Positions 10,763 through 23,430 are shown, numbered from the stretch's first letter. The stretch: 64,000 nucleotides of DNA from Octopus bimaculoides (GCF_001194135.2 NC_069003.1:8839298-8903297), one strand, 5' to 3'. Numbers and translations are program-made. The notes: generated by a model from the sequence alone, not told the origin.

Positions 10763-12439
10763 CTCAGAATATATTACATAATGTGGTTTTAAAGACAGCG
10801 CGCCCGTAGGAGATATCATCTCCAGACGAACCCCTCCGTAAATTATGCCTATTATGATGTATTTATATTAAGATGATATACGTAAATGGCAACCTTTCTT
10901 TAAGTATATTAGCGATACGTGTGAAGTGAAATGACTTTGATGAGAAATCAAAAAGATCTGAAACAGAATGTCGGCCATGTTACTTTTTCGTTGCTTGTCA
11001 CGGAACGCAACACGAGACACTCACCATATTGAATACAAGCTGAAAGATTTCCGACATTTTTAATTAACACTGAAAAGGAAATTATCGGATTGGAAAACGC
11101 TTTAGGCTAAATTAAAAATTTGAATTAAATTTCATATATTAAATCTTTCAGAAGAATATGAAGAAATTTTAATCGTGTAACAATTGAGCAACAATAATAG
11201 GTGATGTAATTAGTCAGGTAATAAAGACAATTTCATTGGATCTTTGAATATTATAGCGAGGCTGTGTTAAATTGAAGACTCTCTTCTATCGTGTATCACA
11301 CTTGTTCATGTTTTTTCTTTTTATTTTATTTCTTTTATTTTTCGCTCCTCTTCTTTATACAAATTCTCGTTTATTATTATCAAAGATAGCAATCCAATTA
11401 TATATTTCTTTGAACAGCTCCTTCTTTTCGCTTTATATATAAACATTAATCAGAGAAAAACTAATACAACTAGATGTATTTTTTTTGTTTTCGAATACAC
11501 TTCAAATTCTCTTTAATGGCGTTTCCCAATCTTTTATCCATTTATTATTATTGTTATTATTATTATCATTATTATTATTATTGTTGTTGTTGTTGTTACT
11601 ACTACTACTACTACTACTACAAATGCTAGTATTTCTTTTGGCTATGAAACCTGAAGAAGAAAATCGCGGTTGTGATAAAACAGCTTATTAATTCTAACAC
11701 AAAAATTACGCGCACATATATATATACATACATGCACACGCACACATACGCAAACATACACTCATATACATCTATACATATATATACATCCACCTACATA
11801 TATACGCATACACATAAATATACACATACACGCACGTATGCTTCATCAATAAATTTAAGCTCTAAATTTCCCCTGGAATTAAATTTCAGTTTAGAATCAG
11901 TCAGCAAAAAAGATAACTTAAACAGTTTGATGTGTTCATATTGCCTTCAGTACAGAGTTTTTATGTTTTTCTTTTATTTCTTCACTTTTTTTTTTGTTAT
12001 GCGTTCAAAATGTGATTATATATGAGAACCAAATCCATGTTTGTATATAGCATCACCGCTGCGTCTCTTTGTAGGCCATCGCATTATCCAGTGTGAGGGC
12101 TGATAAGCTCTCTAATGTTTCGTTTGTGACAAATCGGCCACGGTATGACGCTCTTTAACTCTTTTATTAGTATCAACCTCAGCCCGTGAGGCACGGCCAT
12201 GCCAGAGCACGATTGTTAATGATTCAGATAAGACTGAAGTTTGTCGGGAGCTCAAAGATTCACGAGACCAAAGCATAACCTGGTTTTCCGCAACGAATAA
12301 ATGACCGAAATCAAAATACTTCCACAGCCAATCCGTCGCAGGTTAAATTCTCCATCAAATGCTGGATAAGGGAATCGAAACGCTCCATCATCATTCCAGA
12401 AAAGAATAATGGTAAACCGAGTTTATTTAAGTAGAAGAC

Positions 12440-12813
12440 CGGGCAACTAAAATGAGATCGCAGCCATGGCCGATGCCAGTGTTGCATGTCCGGGCCATTT
12501 AAAAGTACCCTTCGTGCGTCGGGCGATATGATATGCTTGAGAAGACCTGTTGAATCAAGTAAAACCAAAATCGTAACTGTGGCCAGTGTCCTCTAACTGG
12601 CTCCCGTTCCGGTGGTACGTAAAATGCATCATCTGAACGTGGACGAAGCCAGTGCCCCCCAACTGGGTCCCGTGCCGGTGGCACATAAAAATCACTATCC
12701 GAACATCATCGATATCAGGCCCGCCTCACTGGTCCTGTGCCGGTGGCACGTAAAAAGTTCCAACTACACTCTCGGAATGGTTGGCGTTAGGAAGGGCATC
12801 CAGCTGTAGAAAC
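12440..12813 (+). mobile_element. Retroposon body with three 66-bp tandem units and an RTE-5'-like motif
   Basis: ctggYtcccgtgccggtggcacgtaaaaa recurs at 12597, 12663 and 12729; ends ggttggcgttaggaagggcatccagctgtagaaac, which I recall from RTE-related SINE bodies and 5'UTRs. Confidence 0.65.
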
Positions 12814-13084
12814 AGACAGACATATTTCTGTAATACCGCACAAGACACAGACATGGGAACGATCTAAGTCTTATATTATATTAATTCGACCATCTACAGA
12901 TCTCCAATCTAATCGAATATATTCTACTATAAACGAACGATTCAATAAGTCGGCCTTAGATCGAAGTATGACATTTGAATTAACAGTTTATGAAAACAAA
13001 ATCTTGGGTTAGGTTAGGCACACTACAAAACTAAAAACAACCTTTTTAAGTGCTTTCAGTGTTCGAAGAAATGGAGGAAGAATG

Positions 13085-13480
13085 AAATAATGATAATAAC
13101 ATTAATAATAATAATAATGATAATAATAAGAATGATAATGATGATAATAATAATAGTATTGGTGGTGGTGATGATGATGATGGTGACCATAGTAATAATA
13201 ATAAGACGAAGATGATGATGATGATGATGATGATGAATTGAAGAAAACGACGAAGAAGATGAAGAAGGAAGAGGAGAAAAAGAAGTAAAAGAAGAAGAAT
13301 TGAAGGAGAAGGAAGAATAGGAGGAAGAGGAGGGGTAAAGAAGAATTGAAGAAGACGAAGACAAAGAAGAAAGAGGAGGAAAAAAGAATTTAAGTAGACT
13401 AAGAAGGACAATAACAGCCACGACGACGACGACACCATCAACAACAACAATAACAATAATAGCAACAATAACAACAAGAA
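13085..13480. repeat. Compound trinucleotide tract (AAT/GAT/GAA/AAC)
   Basis: Direct inspection. Confidence 0.9.
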
Positions 13481-14316
13481 TACAGGAACATGAAGAAAGG
13501 GGAAATGGAAAATAAACGTTTTAAAAGGCTGATAGAAATCTTTCGAGCTCTTTTGCTTCAGTTTTTCTCTTTTTTCTTTTTTCCTCGTTTGAAAATCAAA
13601 GACGTAATCTTCCAAGGATCAATCTCTGATGGTGATGATGNNNNNNNNNNNNNNNNNNNNNNNNNNNNNNNNNNNNNNNNNNNNNNNNNNNNNNNNNNNN
13701 NNNNNNNNNNNNNNNNNNNNNNNNNNNNNNNNNNNNNNNNNNNNNNNNNNNNNNNNNNNNNNNNNNNNNNNNNNNNNNNNNNNNNNNNNNNNNNNNNNNN
13801 NNNNNNNNNNNNNNNNNNNNNNNNNNNNNNNNNNNNNNNNNNNNNNNNNNNNNNNNNNNNNNNNNNNNNNNNNNNNNNNNNNNNNNNNNNNNNNNNNNNN
13901 NNNNNNNNNNNNNNNNNNNNNNNNNNNNNNNNNNNNNNNNNNNNNNNNNNNNNNNNNNNNNNNNNNNNNNNNNNNNNNNNNNNNNNNNNNNNNNNNNNNN
14001 NNNNNNNNNNNNNNNNNNNNNNNNNNNNNNNNNNNNNNNNNNNNNNNNNNNNNNNNNNNNNNNNNNNNNNNNNNNNNNNNNNNNNNNNNNNNNNNNNNNN
14101 NNNNNNNNNNNNNNNNNNNNNNNNNNNNNNNNNNNNNNNNNNNNNNNNNNNNNNNNNNNNNNNNNNNNNNNNNNNNNNNNNNNNNNNNNNNNNNNNNNNN
14201 NNNNNNNNNNNNNNNNNNNNNNNNNNNNNNNNNNNNNNNNNNNNNNNNNNNNNNNNNNNNNNNNNNNNNNNNNNNNNNNNNNNNNNNNNNNNNNNNNNNN
14301 NNNNNNNNNNNNNNNN

Positions 14317-14351
<35 letters not shown>

Positions 14352-14679
14352 TCGGAATCTGGATTGTATTCATGATACGGAAAGATGGTGGATAAATGGA
14401 TAAGCTTCAGGATAACGACAATAATAGCAATCAATTGGTGGCGACATTATTTTTGAAATATGGATGGATCTGGAGATTTTGTTTTCCCAGAAAAGTAAAT
14501 CTTTTTTGTGCTGCTATTTTTACTAAGATTATTGAGGACAAAAACGGGAGGATTATTAAATAAGACCTGTAATAAAATACAGTTATAATCTCCATTAATA
14601 TTAACAATCTTACGCTTTTTGTTCTGACTCATAATCATAATTTTAAATAAGAGGATAGGATCATATCCATATTTTTTAG

Positions 14680-14795
14680 GAAGGGGTAGTATGTTAAGTC
14701 TACCCTGATTACTTCACTGGCATTTATATCATCGACCCCGAACGGGTGAAAGGTAAAGTTGAAAATCTTAGGTTTTGAACTCAGAACGCAAAGCG
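14680..14795 (-). mobile_element. SINE family D fragment
   Basis: atcgaccccgaacgggtgaaaggtaaagtt...tttgaactcagaacg. Confidence 0.65.
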
Positions 14796-16154
14796 CTGTA
14801 GTATAAGACCGGAAGTGATATCCTCCAATGCTTCCGTAATTATATCAAATCCACAATGGGTACAGGGTTGCAAAAGGTGTCTCAAGCACAGCCTGCTGAT
14901 CATGGTTGGTGAGCTGCTACGGGAGGGAATACTATTTCAACTGTTTCGAGCAAGGTAACTTCTTATGCATAGTATTCAAGTGGGAGAGAACTCCTTATCC
15001 CAATACGCGTTCACCATCGGATCTATAAAGCCAGTCCAGTTCAGATCACACGAGGTCACACGAGATATACAAGTAAATCCTGCTTCTTAGTCAACTTCAA
15101 CAACGAAGATCAAACTACACAGATAAATGCCCTACTTGGTCGGCCTTCTATTGGAAGACGTTTATAACAACCGATAATTGACTGGAAGCATTTCCAGAAG
15201 TGTTAAAAGTAAAGAAGTAGCTCTCCTTGGGAATGGTTGGCGCAAGGGGTAAATCACTGACAATCTGAAACAATCCGAAACACGCTGATTGGTGCAATTC
15301 CGGCATATCACTCCACGACAATTTCACCTTAAAGAATTCGTCAGCTGATCAATAAACCTGGCCTTGGGGTAACTCTTTTTGGAAACAATCCGAAAGCTTG
15401 ATTAGGTTCGTCTATTAATATATTGGTGTGTTCCTCAGTGCAGCCGGTTTAGTTGCAATTTCAGAATATAAACCGCGTAAACGTACAACGGCATCAGCTT
15501 CAAGATCATGTTCGGTGCCATATGACTCGAGTGGGATCTTTCTCATTGTTCTTGAACGTCTTGACACTTGAACGTACCTCTAAGTTACGGGCACATACAC
15601 AAACCAAAACCGTTTGTTAAACAGTGGTGCTGGCGGCGGGGTGGGGGGTCATATATTCAGAAATGTATATTAAAACCAGCAAGAAGACTAATGGAATCGG
15701 AATAAAAATTTAGGTTGCAAAATGGTTTTTAAAATGTATTTCTTTCTCTTCCTTTTCTTTTTTTTTTTTGTTCTTTGTTATTCTTTCTTGAAATACGTTC
15801 TCTGGAGATTCCACATTTAACTAAATTCTGAACGTAGCAAATAATGACATGTGTTCGTGTCCACTGTTGGCTAGTTTCTCTCTCTAAAGTTTGAATTACA
15901 GCCAAAATAAACAATGGCAGTCGGACAACATACACACAAATAGATACATACATACATTTACACGCACACATATACATGTATACATATATATATATACATA
16001 TATATATATACATATACATATATCGGTATGTGTGCGTGTGTGTGTGTATGTGTGTGTGTGTACATATAAACACATGTACACACGCGTGTACACACACAGT
16101 TATTCAAGAATAGAGTGTATTACTTCACAAAACACCGAAATTGAATTAATATAT

Positions 16155-16185
<31 letters not shown>

Positions 16186-17047
16186 AATATAAATATATAT
16201 ATATANNNNNNNNNNNNNNNNNNNNNNNNNNNNNNNNNNNNNNNNNNNNNNNNNNNNNNNNNNNNNNNNNNNNNNNNNNNNNNNNNNNNNNNNNNNNNNN
16301 NNNNNNNNNNNNNNNNNNNNNNNNNNNNNNNNNNNNNNNNNNNNNNNNNNNNNNNNNNNNNNNNNNNNNNNNNNNNNNNNNNNNNNNNNNNNNNNNNNNN
16401 NNNNNNNNNNNNNNNNNNNNNNNNNNNNNNNNNNNNNNNNNNNNNNNNNNNNNNNNNNNNNNNNNNNNNNNNNNNNNNNNNNNNNNNNNNNNNNNNNNNN
16501 NNNNNNNNNNNNNNNNNNNNNNNNNNNNNNNNNNNNNNNNNNNNNNNNNNNNNNNNNNNNNNNNNNNNNNNNNNNNNNNNNNNNTATATATGTATATATA
16601 TGCATGTATATATGTGTTTGTTTATGTATGTATATATATATATATATATACTTGTACGTGCCTTTATATATATGTGTGCATGTGTTTATATATGTATTTA
16701 TATTATAATTTATGTATATAAATGAGTCATCTTGAGAGAGAGAGAGAGAGAGAGAGAAAATTATCGATTACATCTAGTAGATATTACATCCACTCTGATC
16801 ATTTTATTCACATTCGATTTCAATGGCACTTGTTGCGGTCATTTCCACTGAATTATTTATCTATTCTTCTCTACATTTTATTATTATTATCATTGTTTTT
16901 ATTTTATTGTTTTGTTACTCTAAATTTTTTTCTGTTGTTTTTATGCTATTGCTTCAGATGCCACGTCTCTGTCCATTTCAGTAAGTAACTCGCCACGATT
17001 CATGATTCTTTGAAAGCGTATTAGAAATTCGATAACCTATTATGTTA

Positions 17048-17190
17048 AGAGCATTGAGCTCATAGTCATGAAATAACTCCGTGAGTTCGATTCCCGAATC
17101 GGGTGGAACGTTGTCTCCTTGAGCAAGATAATCCATTTCACGTTGGTCCAGTCAACTCAGCTGCACAAAGGAAATGAGTAACCCCAGCCG
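17048..17190 (+). mobile_element. SINE family G head+core
   Basis: gagttcgattcccg...ccttgagcaagataatccatttcacgttggtccagtcaactcagctg...aaatgagt. Confidence 0.7.
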
Positions 17191-17301
17191 AACACTAATG
17201 CAGTCTTCTCTCTTTCTCCATTTTATACATCCTAAATGGTTCGTAGGGCTTAGATGGCGTTTGTGTCAGTTTGCAACCACATAGAGTTGGCAAAAGAACT
17301 A

Positions 17302-17560
17302 TTAAAAACATACAGTTGTATATTTAAGAGATGAGGAATTATGTACATTACTTACATTAATTACATTATTTACATTTGACGGATATTTGTCCTCATCTTG
17401 TTTGCTGTTAACACAACGTTTCGGCTGATATACCCTCCAGCCTTCATTAGGTATCTTGGGGAAATTTCGAATCTGGGTTCCCATTGCTAATATATTTTTC
17501 GATGTTATTATTATTATTATTATTATCATTATTATCATTATTATGTTGTTGTTTTTGTCT
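17302..17560 (-). mobile_element. Family F Penelope/retrozyme-like repeat with hammerhead-like motif at 17410-17455
   Basis: Minus strand GATAC-CTAATGA-A-GGCTG(gagggtatat)CAGCC-GAAAC-GTT-GTGTT; core G5A; flanked by (ATT)n. Confidence 0.65.
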
Positions 17561-17804
17561 TCTTTCTTCAAATATTCTTCCATTTCTTGCCGAGTGTTAT
17601 CCGTACACCTAGGGCAGAGAAGCTCATTGTATGCATTTCCAGTTTACACACGCAAATTCACCGGTAAAATATGCATTTAAAAATAAATAAATAAATAAAT
17701 GAATTCATGAATAGATGTTGTTTTCACAGCGATAATGCTCTTCTCAGTACATGAGTCGTTCCAGTTAACACGACTTTTTGCACTTCCTGTAGGGATGGTA
17801 AGCC

Positions 17805-17859
<55 letters not shown>

Positions 17860-17860
<1 letters not shown>

Positions 17861-17945
17861 TCATTGCCTGGAATCGAACAAAAAAATCTTGGGGTTTGTA
17901 GCTCGCAGTCGTAACCACTAAGCCACTGGCATATGGCGCAGGGGT
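17860..17945 (-). mobile_element. tRNA-like SINE head (G-type)
   Basis: Minus strand gtggcttagtggttacgactgcgagc...gttcgattccaggc. Confidence 0.6.
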
Positions 17946-18107
17946 TATGAGCGCGGGCTACTAACCCCAACATTTGTTTAAGGCGACGGCCTGGTGGTAC
18001 CATCAGCACGCTTGATAAAATGCTTAGTGGCATTTCGCAGCTACGTGGAAATAAGGCAGTGAGCTGGCAGATATCGAACCGGAAAAAAAAATGCTTAGCG
18101 GCATTTC

Positions 18108-18843
18108 GGATCTATTTTAAAACGGGGGCCACAGTTTTCATTAATGTTTTACGTAGTGTTTTTGGTACGGAAAGACTTTCAAACTTCGTATACTTATCTA
18201 TTTTGTGTTATAGAACAGAAAAATATTTTTGTATTCGAATTTATTTCATGTAAAAAATTGTCTTATTTCGATAATTTCAACCAATCACTGACAAGTATTC
18301 AGTTGTTTACATTTACTCCTTTGACTGATTAAGCGGTGTAAAGCGTATCTNNNNNNNNNNNNNNNNNNNNNNNNNNNNNNNNNNNNNNNNNNNNNNNNNN
18401 NNNNNNNNNNNNNNNNNNNNNNNNNNNNNNNNNNNNNNNNNNNNNNNNNNNNNNNNNNNNNNNNNNNNNNNNNNNNNNNNNNNNNNNNNCTAACCCTAAC
18501 CGTAGGGTTAGGGTTAGGGTTAGCCTATAATAGAAAGGTTTATTAGCTACTGCCAATATGCTTCAGCCATTTTTTGACAAGGAAATAATAATTTTATCAC
18601 CGATAGAATTGTTTCAGAATCGTTTGTTTATGTAGTCGGCACTTAATGTATATCGGCTGAATGGACGTCAGTGATTGGTTGAAATTACAGAAATACGACA
18701 ACTTTAACATGGAATAATTTAGGGATTTCTTTTTTTTTAAGACTAATAGAAAAAGATGTTTTATATGACACATTCTACCAGTGTTCCAACTTTCAAAGTG
18801 TTTCGTTAAGAAAATACTGTGGCCCCCGTTTTAAAATAGATCC
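18108..18843. mobile_element. Non-autonomous DNA transposon (MITE), Merlin-like: 28-bp perfect TIRs, 8-bp TSD
   Basis: TIR ggatctattttaaaacgggggccacagt at 18108-18135, reverse complement at 18816-18843; TSD ggcatttc at 18100-18107 and 18844-18851; second internal inverted repeat 18272-18302 / 18657-18687. Confidence 0.92.
18490..18523. repeat. Inverted telomere-type repeats inside the MITE
   Basis: ctaaccctaacc-g-tagggttagggttagggttag immediately after a 139-N gap. Confidence 0.85.
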
Positions 18844-19029
18844 GGCATTTCTTCCGACGTTACGTTCTAAGTTCAAATTCCGACGGTTTCGACTTTGCTT
18901 CTCATCCTTTCGGTGGGGTCATTAAAATAATTACCAGTTGAACACTGGGGTTGATGTAATCAACTTATCCCCTTCCCCGAAATTGCTGGCCTAGCTCCAT
19001 AATTTGAAATCACTATGTCCTGTGTTTAT

Positions 19030-19100
19030 ATAAGACCGCAGGGTGTGATTTGATGGATATTTAGCTGCTATTTCTAAAAGATCAAGCTATCACGTACAGG
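19030..19100 (+). mobile_element. Family H dispersed repeat fragment
   Basis: gtgtgatttgatggatatttagctgctatttcta; related copies at ~46725-46790, ~51535-51580 (minus), ~53375-53410 (minus), ~53610-53690. Confidence 0.55.
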
Positions 19101-20229
19101 TTTCTTGAGTAATTTCCCATCGAACTTATATAACTAGGGAAGGTAAAGAATTATCTTTCACATCTTCAGGGTCGATAAAAAAAAAACGCACTTAAGCAAG
19201 TATCTCAACACTTTGCCGTCACTGCATTTTCACAAGCAGTATATATAAAGCAGCAGTAAAGCAAATATATTCTTAAAGGAGACTTGCTGGTGAAATCTCC
19301 GATCATAAGAAAGATTTAGATATATCCGAGTTTAGCAAAGAGAAGCGACTGTTTATATTGATAGAATATCGAATATATTTCAATGTAAAGCACTTAAGAA
19401 GTAAAACTATTCTCCAGAACGTGACATCGAAGCTATAGGAAGTTGAAGAAGTAAGGGACAAGTATGGCGATAACAAATATCTATATGCTGTGTTCCAACA
19501 AGGAGAAGATGAAAACCAGATATAGATGAAGTGAAAGACGAACCAACAGCATGTAAAATATAATTCGATATTGCGATATTTAGGAGACACTAGAATTAAG
19601 GATCAAAGCAAGTGAGGAGAATTTAACCAGAAGTAGGATCTCGAGCGTAAGATAACAAATTACTTGAACATGTAATGCCAATAGCTGGGAGGAGGTTTGC
19701 TTTGGTATCATAGATTTGAGATGGGTCATAAGATGAACATTTATCAAATATATTGATATCTTTGAGGGCGAAATAACTAAAAGCGCAAACTGTTTTAATA
19801 GTGGGGATAAGTAAGAGAAATCTAAGATGAAAAACCAATGAAATATGAAAATAAAAATATTTCTGATTTTGCTGAAGATGCAACCATCTTTCCTATGATA
19901 GGACGAAAGGAAACATGGGAAGGATATAAGAAATAAGGATTTCTAACATAGAGATAAAGAAAACAAACCCTGGGAAAAGAACAGTCTACTTTAGTTTGTT
20001 TCACATCTAGGATGCGTTATAGAAATATAAAATCAACTCCGTTGTTTGATTGGTACTTTAATTTAACTTCTGAAGAAGATCCCAAGTGACGATGGAGTCT
20101 TCAGCAAGACCCCCTAAATCGAAGACATTTGAAGAATATTCTGTGTATTCACAGAAGAAAACTGTCCTGTAGTTCCGGATCATGTACCCTTTCACTAACA
20201 GGATGCGATTACGAGTGACCCTCAGTCGT

Positions 20230-20770
20230 CCTAGAAGCAAAAACTCAGCTTAACTATCTGAGGTCTCTAAAGTTAGATGTTGTAGGTATCGGTGAAACTA
20301 TAATTTCTGAAACCTATACTCTACTCCTTATGGCTGATTACTAACGGGATCTCAAATGGGATCGGATCACGTAACATGGCCGTACAGTTTCGAAATCTAT
20401 GGAACTGAAGATATGATCCTCCTAGATGCCGAACCAATGCCAATGGCCATAAGGATAAGTAACAATTGAAATTGCCGAACGTTTAGACTGGCGAGCATTT
20501 ATGCAGGATTTTCGCTGATAACTACAAACTTTCTTAGGAATATTTCGCTCATTAGTCTTAGTGGGTGACTGGAATGACATCTTAAAGCGTTCGCGGTGAT
20601 AGTGTTAGAGAAATTCGATAGAAGAGCGGGGTGTAAAACAGTTGCAAACCTACTCCTGCGTTTTCAGTTGCCTCACAGATGTCTGTTGCATAACCGAAAC
20701 ACACCAATACAGATTTGTCCAGACCGCAGGATATCATCCCTAGGTTGACCATCGCCTCTGGCTGAAATCG
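20230..20770 (+). pseudogene. Decayed apurinic-type endonuclease domain of an L1/Tx1-group LINE ORF2
   Basis: Hand translation across frameshifts gives LNYLRSLKLDVVGIGET (20249-20299, cf. DIxxLQET), FRLASIYA (20482, cf. RLxxVYAP), LVLVGDWND (20552, cf. GDFN) and DH (20747, cf. SDH) in the correct order. Confidence 0.7.
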
Positions 20771-20997
20771 ATATAATTAAAAAAAAAAAAAGTAAATAAT
20801 AGAAAAAAAGAGAGATGGAGGAGAGGAGAGGAGGGAGAATGGGAAGAAGTCGAAAGGAGGAAGAGGAGAAGAATTTATGTAAGCAACAAATATCGGAATG
20901 TTTTTTTGGAAGACAAATGAGTTTTTTGCTGATCAGGCAATTTTCCTGAGAATTAACAGAAATAAGACGGACAATGAATTAAGAGAAAGATTATTAC

Positions 20998-21031
20998 GAT
21001 CATCATCATCATCATCAACTTCATCACCATC

Positions 21032-21062
<31 letters not shown>

Positions 21063-21148
21063 CCATCATCATTATTATCATCACCATCATTATCAACATC
21101 ATCATCACCACCATCACCGTTATCATCATCATCATCAACTTCATCATC

Positions 21149-21180
<32 letters not shown>

Positions 21181-21234
21181 CATCATCATCACCATCATCA
21201 TTATCATCATCACCATAATCATCATCATCACCAT

Positions 21235-21266
<32 letters not shown>

Positions 21267-21560
21267 CCATCACCATTATCATCATCATAATCCTCATCGT
21301 CGTCATTGTCATTATCCTCGTCATCTTCATCGCGGTTATCATTATCGTCATCATCTATTCATCATCACCATCACCATCATCGTCATCATGATGGTCGTCG
21401 TCGCCGTCATTATCGTCGTAGTCATTTTCGTTGCCGCCATAACGATCACCACCACCATCATCATCATCATCACCATGATCTTCATCGTCATCATCATCAT
21501 CATCTTCATCGTTATCATCCTGATCGTCATCCTCTTCCTTCTCCTCATCCTGATCACAAT
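20998..21560. repeat. ~560-bp degenerate (CAT)n tract
   Basis: Direct inspection. Confidence 0.95.
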
Positions 21561-22139
21561 CCTCATTATGTATCACAATCACGAACAAGGACATCAACAT
21601 CAAAACAAAACTCCTCTCTACAGCCGACCCCCCTCCCAGCCCCCACCAAAAAAAAGAAAAAAAAGAAAGAAACACTTAAAAAAGAAAGGGTGAAAAAACT
21701 TATTTCAGCAACGATATTAACTATCAGATTAAAAAAATTAAAAAAATTGATTACCATTTTTTTTTCTTTCTTTGCAACAAGAACCAGAAAAATATATTCG
21801 TTAAAAAAAAAAACCCAAAAGAAAAACAACAAATAAATACATACATAAATGTCTGAAGACCCTTCTTCCACCTCTACATCCCACCGAAAAAATTATGCTT
21901 AATGACTTTAATGAAATAAAGATGGTATTCACTTTAAGAATCAATGAATTTTCATGAGAACATCACAATAGATCGAAGATATTTCAACAAACAATAGATC
22001 GTATAAAACGGCTTTTCTTTTTGTTTTTTTTTCTTCTTCTATATTCATATCTTTGACAGACAACATTGTTTTTGTTTGTTATTCTTTGTGTATTTTCTTT
22101 AGTTGTTTGTGTTTGTTTATATCCAGATATTCTTGTTTT

Positions 22140-22660
22140 CGCTGTCCATCATCATCATCATCATTATCATCATGTTGTTGTCGGTGTTGTTCTTCGTCTT
22201 GTTCTTCTAGTGCTAAACATACTTGTCTTAAAACGTTGATGATCGTGTTCTGGTTTGCAAATTTTTTTTATTTCATTATATAATCGTGAATGCCCATCAT
22301 CACGCTCGTATACTACTACTACTACTACTACTACTACTACCAACAACAACAACACTACTACTGCCACCACCAAAACCACCACCACAACTTCTACTACTAC
22401 TACTAATAATAATACTGCTACTATTGATAGTCCCACTACCGCAACCTCGGCTACCACCACAATCACCACCACAACCGCGATCATAACCAACACAACCACT
22501 GTTATTCACACCACCACCCCTACTCCGATTACTATCATCGCCACCACCACCACCATCACTCCTGCGGCTCTTACTTCTACCACCACCACCAACACAAATC
22601 ACCAGCACCAGCTACCATCGGCACTACTACTACTACTACTACTATTACTACTCTCATCCC
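22140..22660. repeat. Degenerate (CAT)/(ACT)/(ACC)n tract
   Basis: Direct inspection; source of the Thr-rich ORF. Confidence 0.9.
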
Positions 22661-23104
22661 GGCCACCATCTGCCTCCACGCCTCATTCTCCAACCGTTCT
22701 TCCACTCGTCATTATGGTCCACTCTTCGCTAAATTACTTCAAATTTATAAATTTGTAATTGTGAAATAATTTCGAAGAAAAAAAGGATCACAAAATACAG
22801 TCATCATCATCATCATCATCATCTTCTTCTTGTTATTGTTATTGTTATTATTTTTATTATTATTACTACTACTACTAATGTTATTACTGTTGGAAAAAAT
22901 CTATTTCGTGCTATTTTTAAAGACTTAGAATAAATTTTAATTTTAAGTTTAATTTTAAATTTTAACAATAGTTCATATTTTAGAATTCTGCCTGTCATCG
23001 CTTCGTTTTTAAAGGTGTTTTTGAAACAAACGATACTTTTCCCAAAATATTCAAAAACATTGAACACTTGTTTGTAAATTTTGATTTTTTTTTTCTTTTA
23101 ATGG

Positions 23105-23360
23105 GATGCAAGATCGAGGAAGAGGAGAAAGGAGGAAAGTGGTGGAGGAGAGGTAGGATGAGTTGGAAGAAGGAGAAGGAGAAGAAGAAAGGGAAGAAGA
23201 GAGAAGATGGTGATGATGATGAAGAAGAAGAAAACAAAAAGAAGAAAGGAAGTAGAAGAGGAGGAGGAGAAGGTAAGAAAAGGAGGAGGAGAACGCAGAA
23301 GATAATGATGATTATGCTGAGGATAATGTTGATGATCATGGTGATGAATAATAATAATAA
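23105..23360. repeat. (GAA/GGA/GAT)n purine-rich tract
   Basis: Direct inspection. Confidence 0.9.
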
Positions 23361-23430
23361 TGCCCTGATTCAGTACCAGGCTCTGATGGCTTCTGTTCTT
23401 ACGTTATGAACAACTCATTCTATGTCTATA

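Larger units (their letters stand above)
18052..19010 (+). mobile_element. SINE family D split by the MITE insertion
   Basis: Head aaggcagtgagctggcag...atgcttagcggcatttc (to 18107) resumes at 18844 ggcatttcttccgacgttacgttctaagttcaaattcc... Confidence 0.85.

Noticed and set aside
12579-12765. CRISPR-like regular repeat
   Set aside because: Whole 66-bp units are homologous (no unique spacers), no cas genes, eukaryotic context
13490-14395. Long ORFs spanning N-runs (also 42765-43923, 52273-53305, 28296-29198, 60372-61112 and others)
   Set aside because: Length comes from X codons in assembly gaps; the flanking residues are microsatellite translations
18490-18523. Chromosome end or telomere-fusion scar
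   Set aside because: Very short, wrong polarity for a fusion, and enclosed within transposon TIRs
20898-21836. Poly-Ser/His/Met/Asp ORFs
   Set aside because: Translations of a (CAT)n tract open in several frames on both strands
22255-22758. Thr-rich mucin-like 167-aa ORF
   Set aside because: Coincides with a degenerate (ACT/ACC)n tract, other frames are equally open, and there is no signal peptide, Cys domain or convincing splice context
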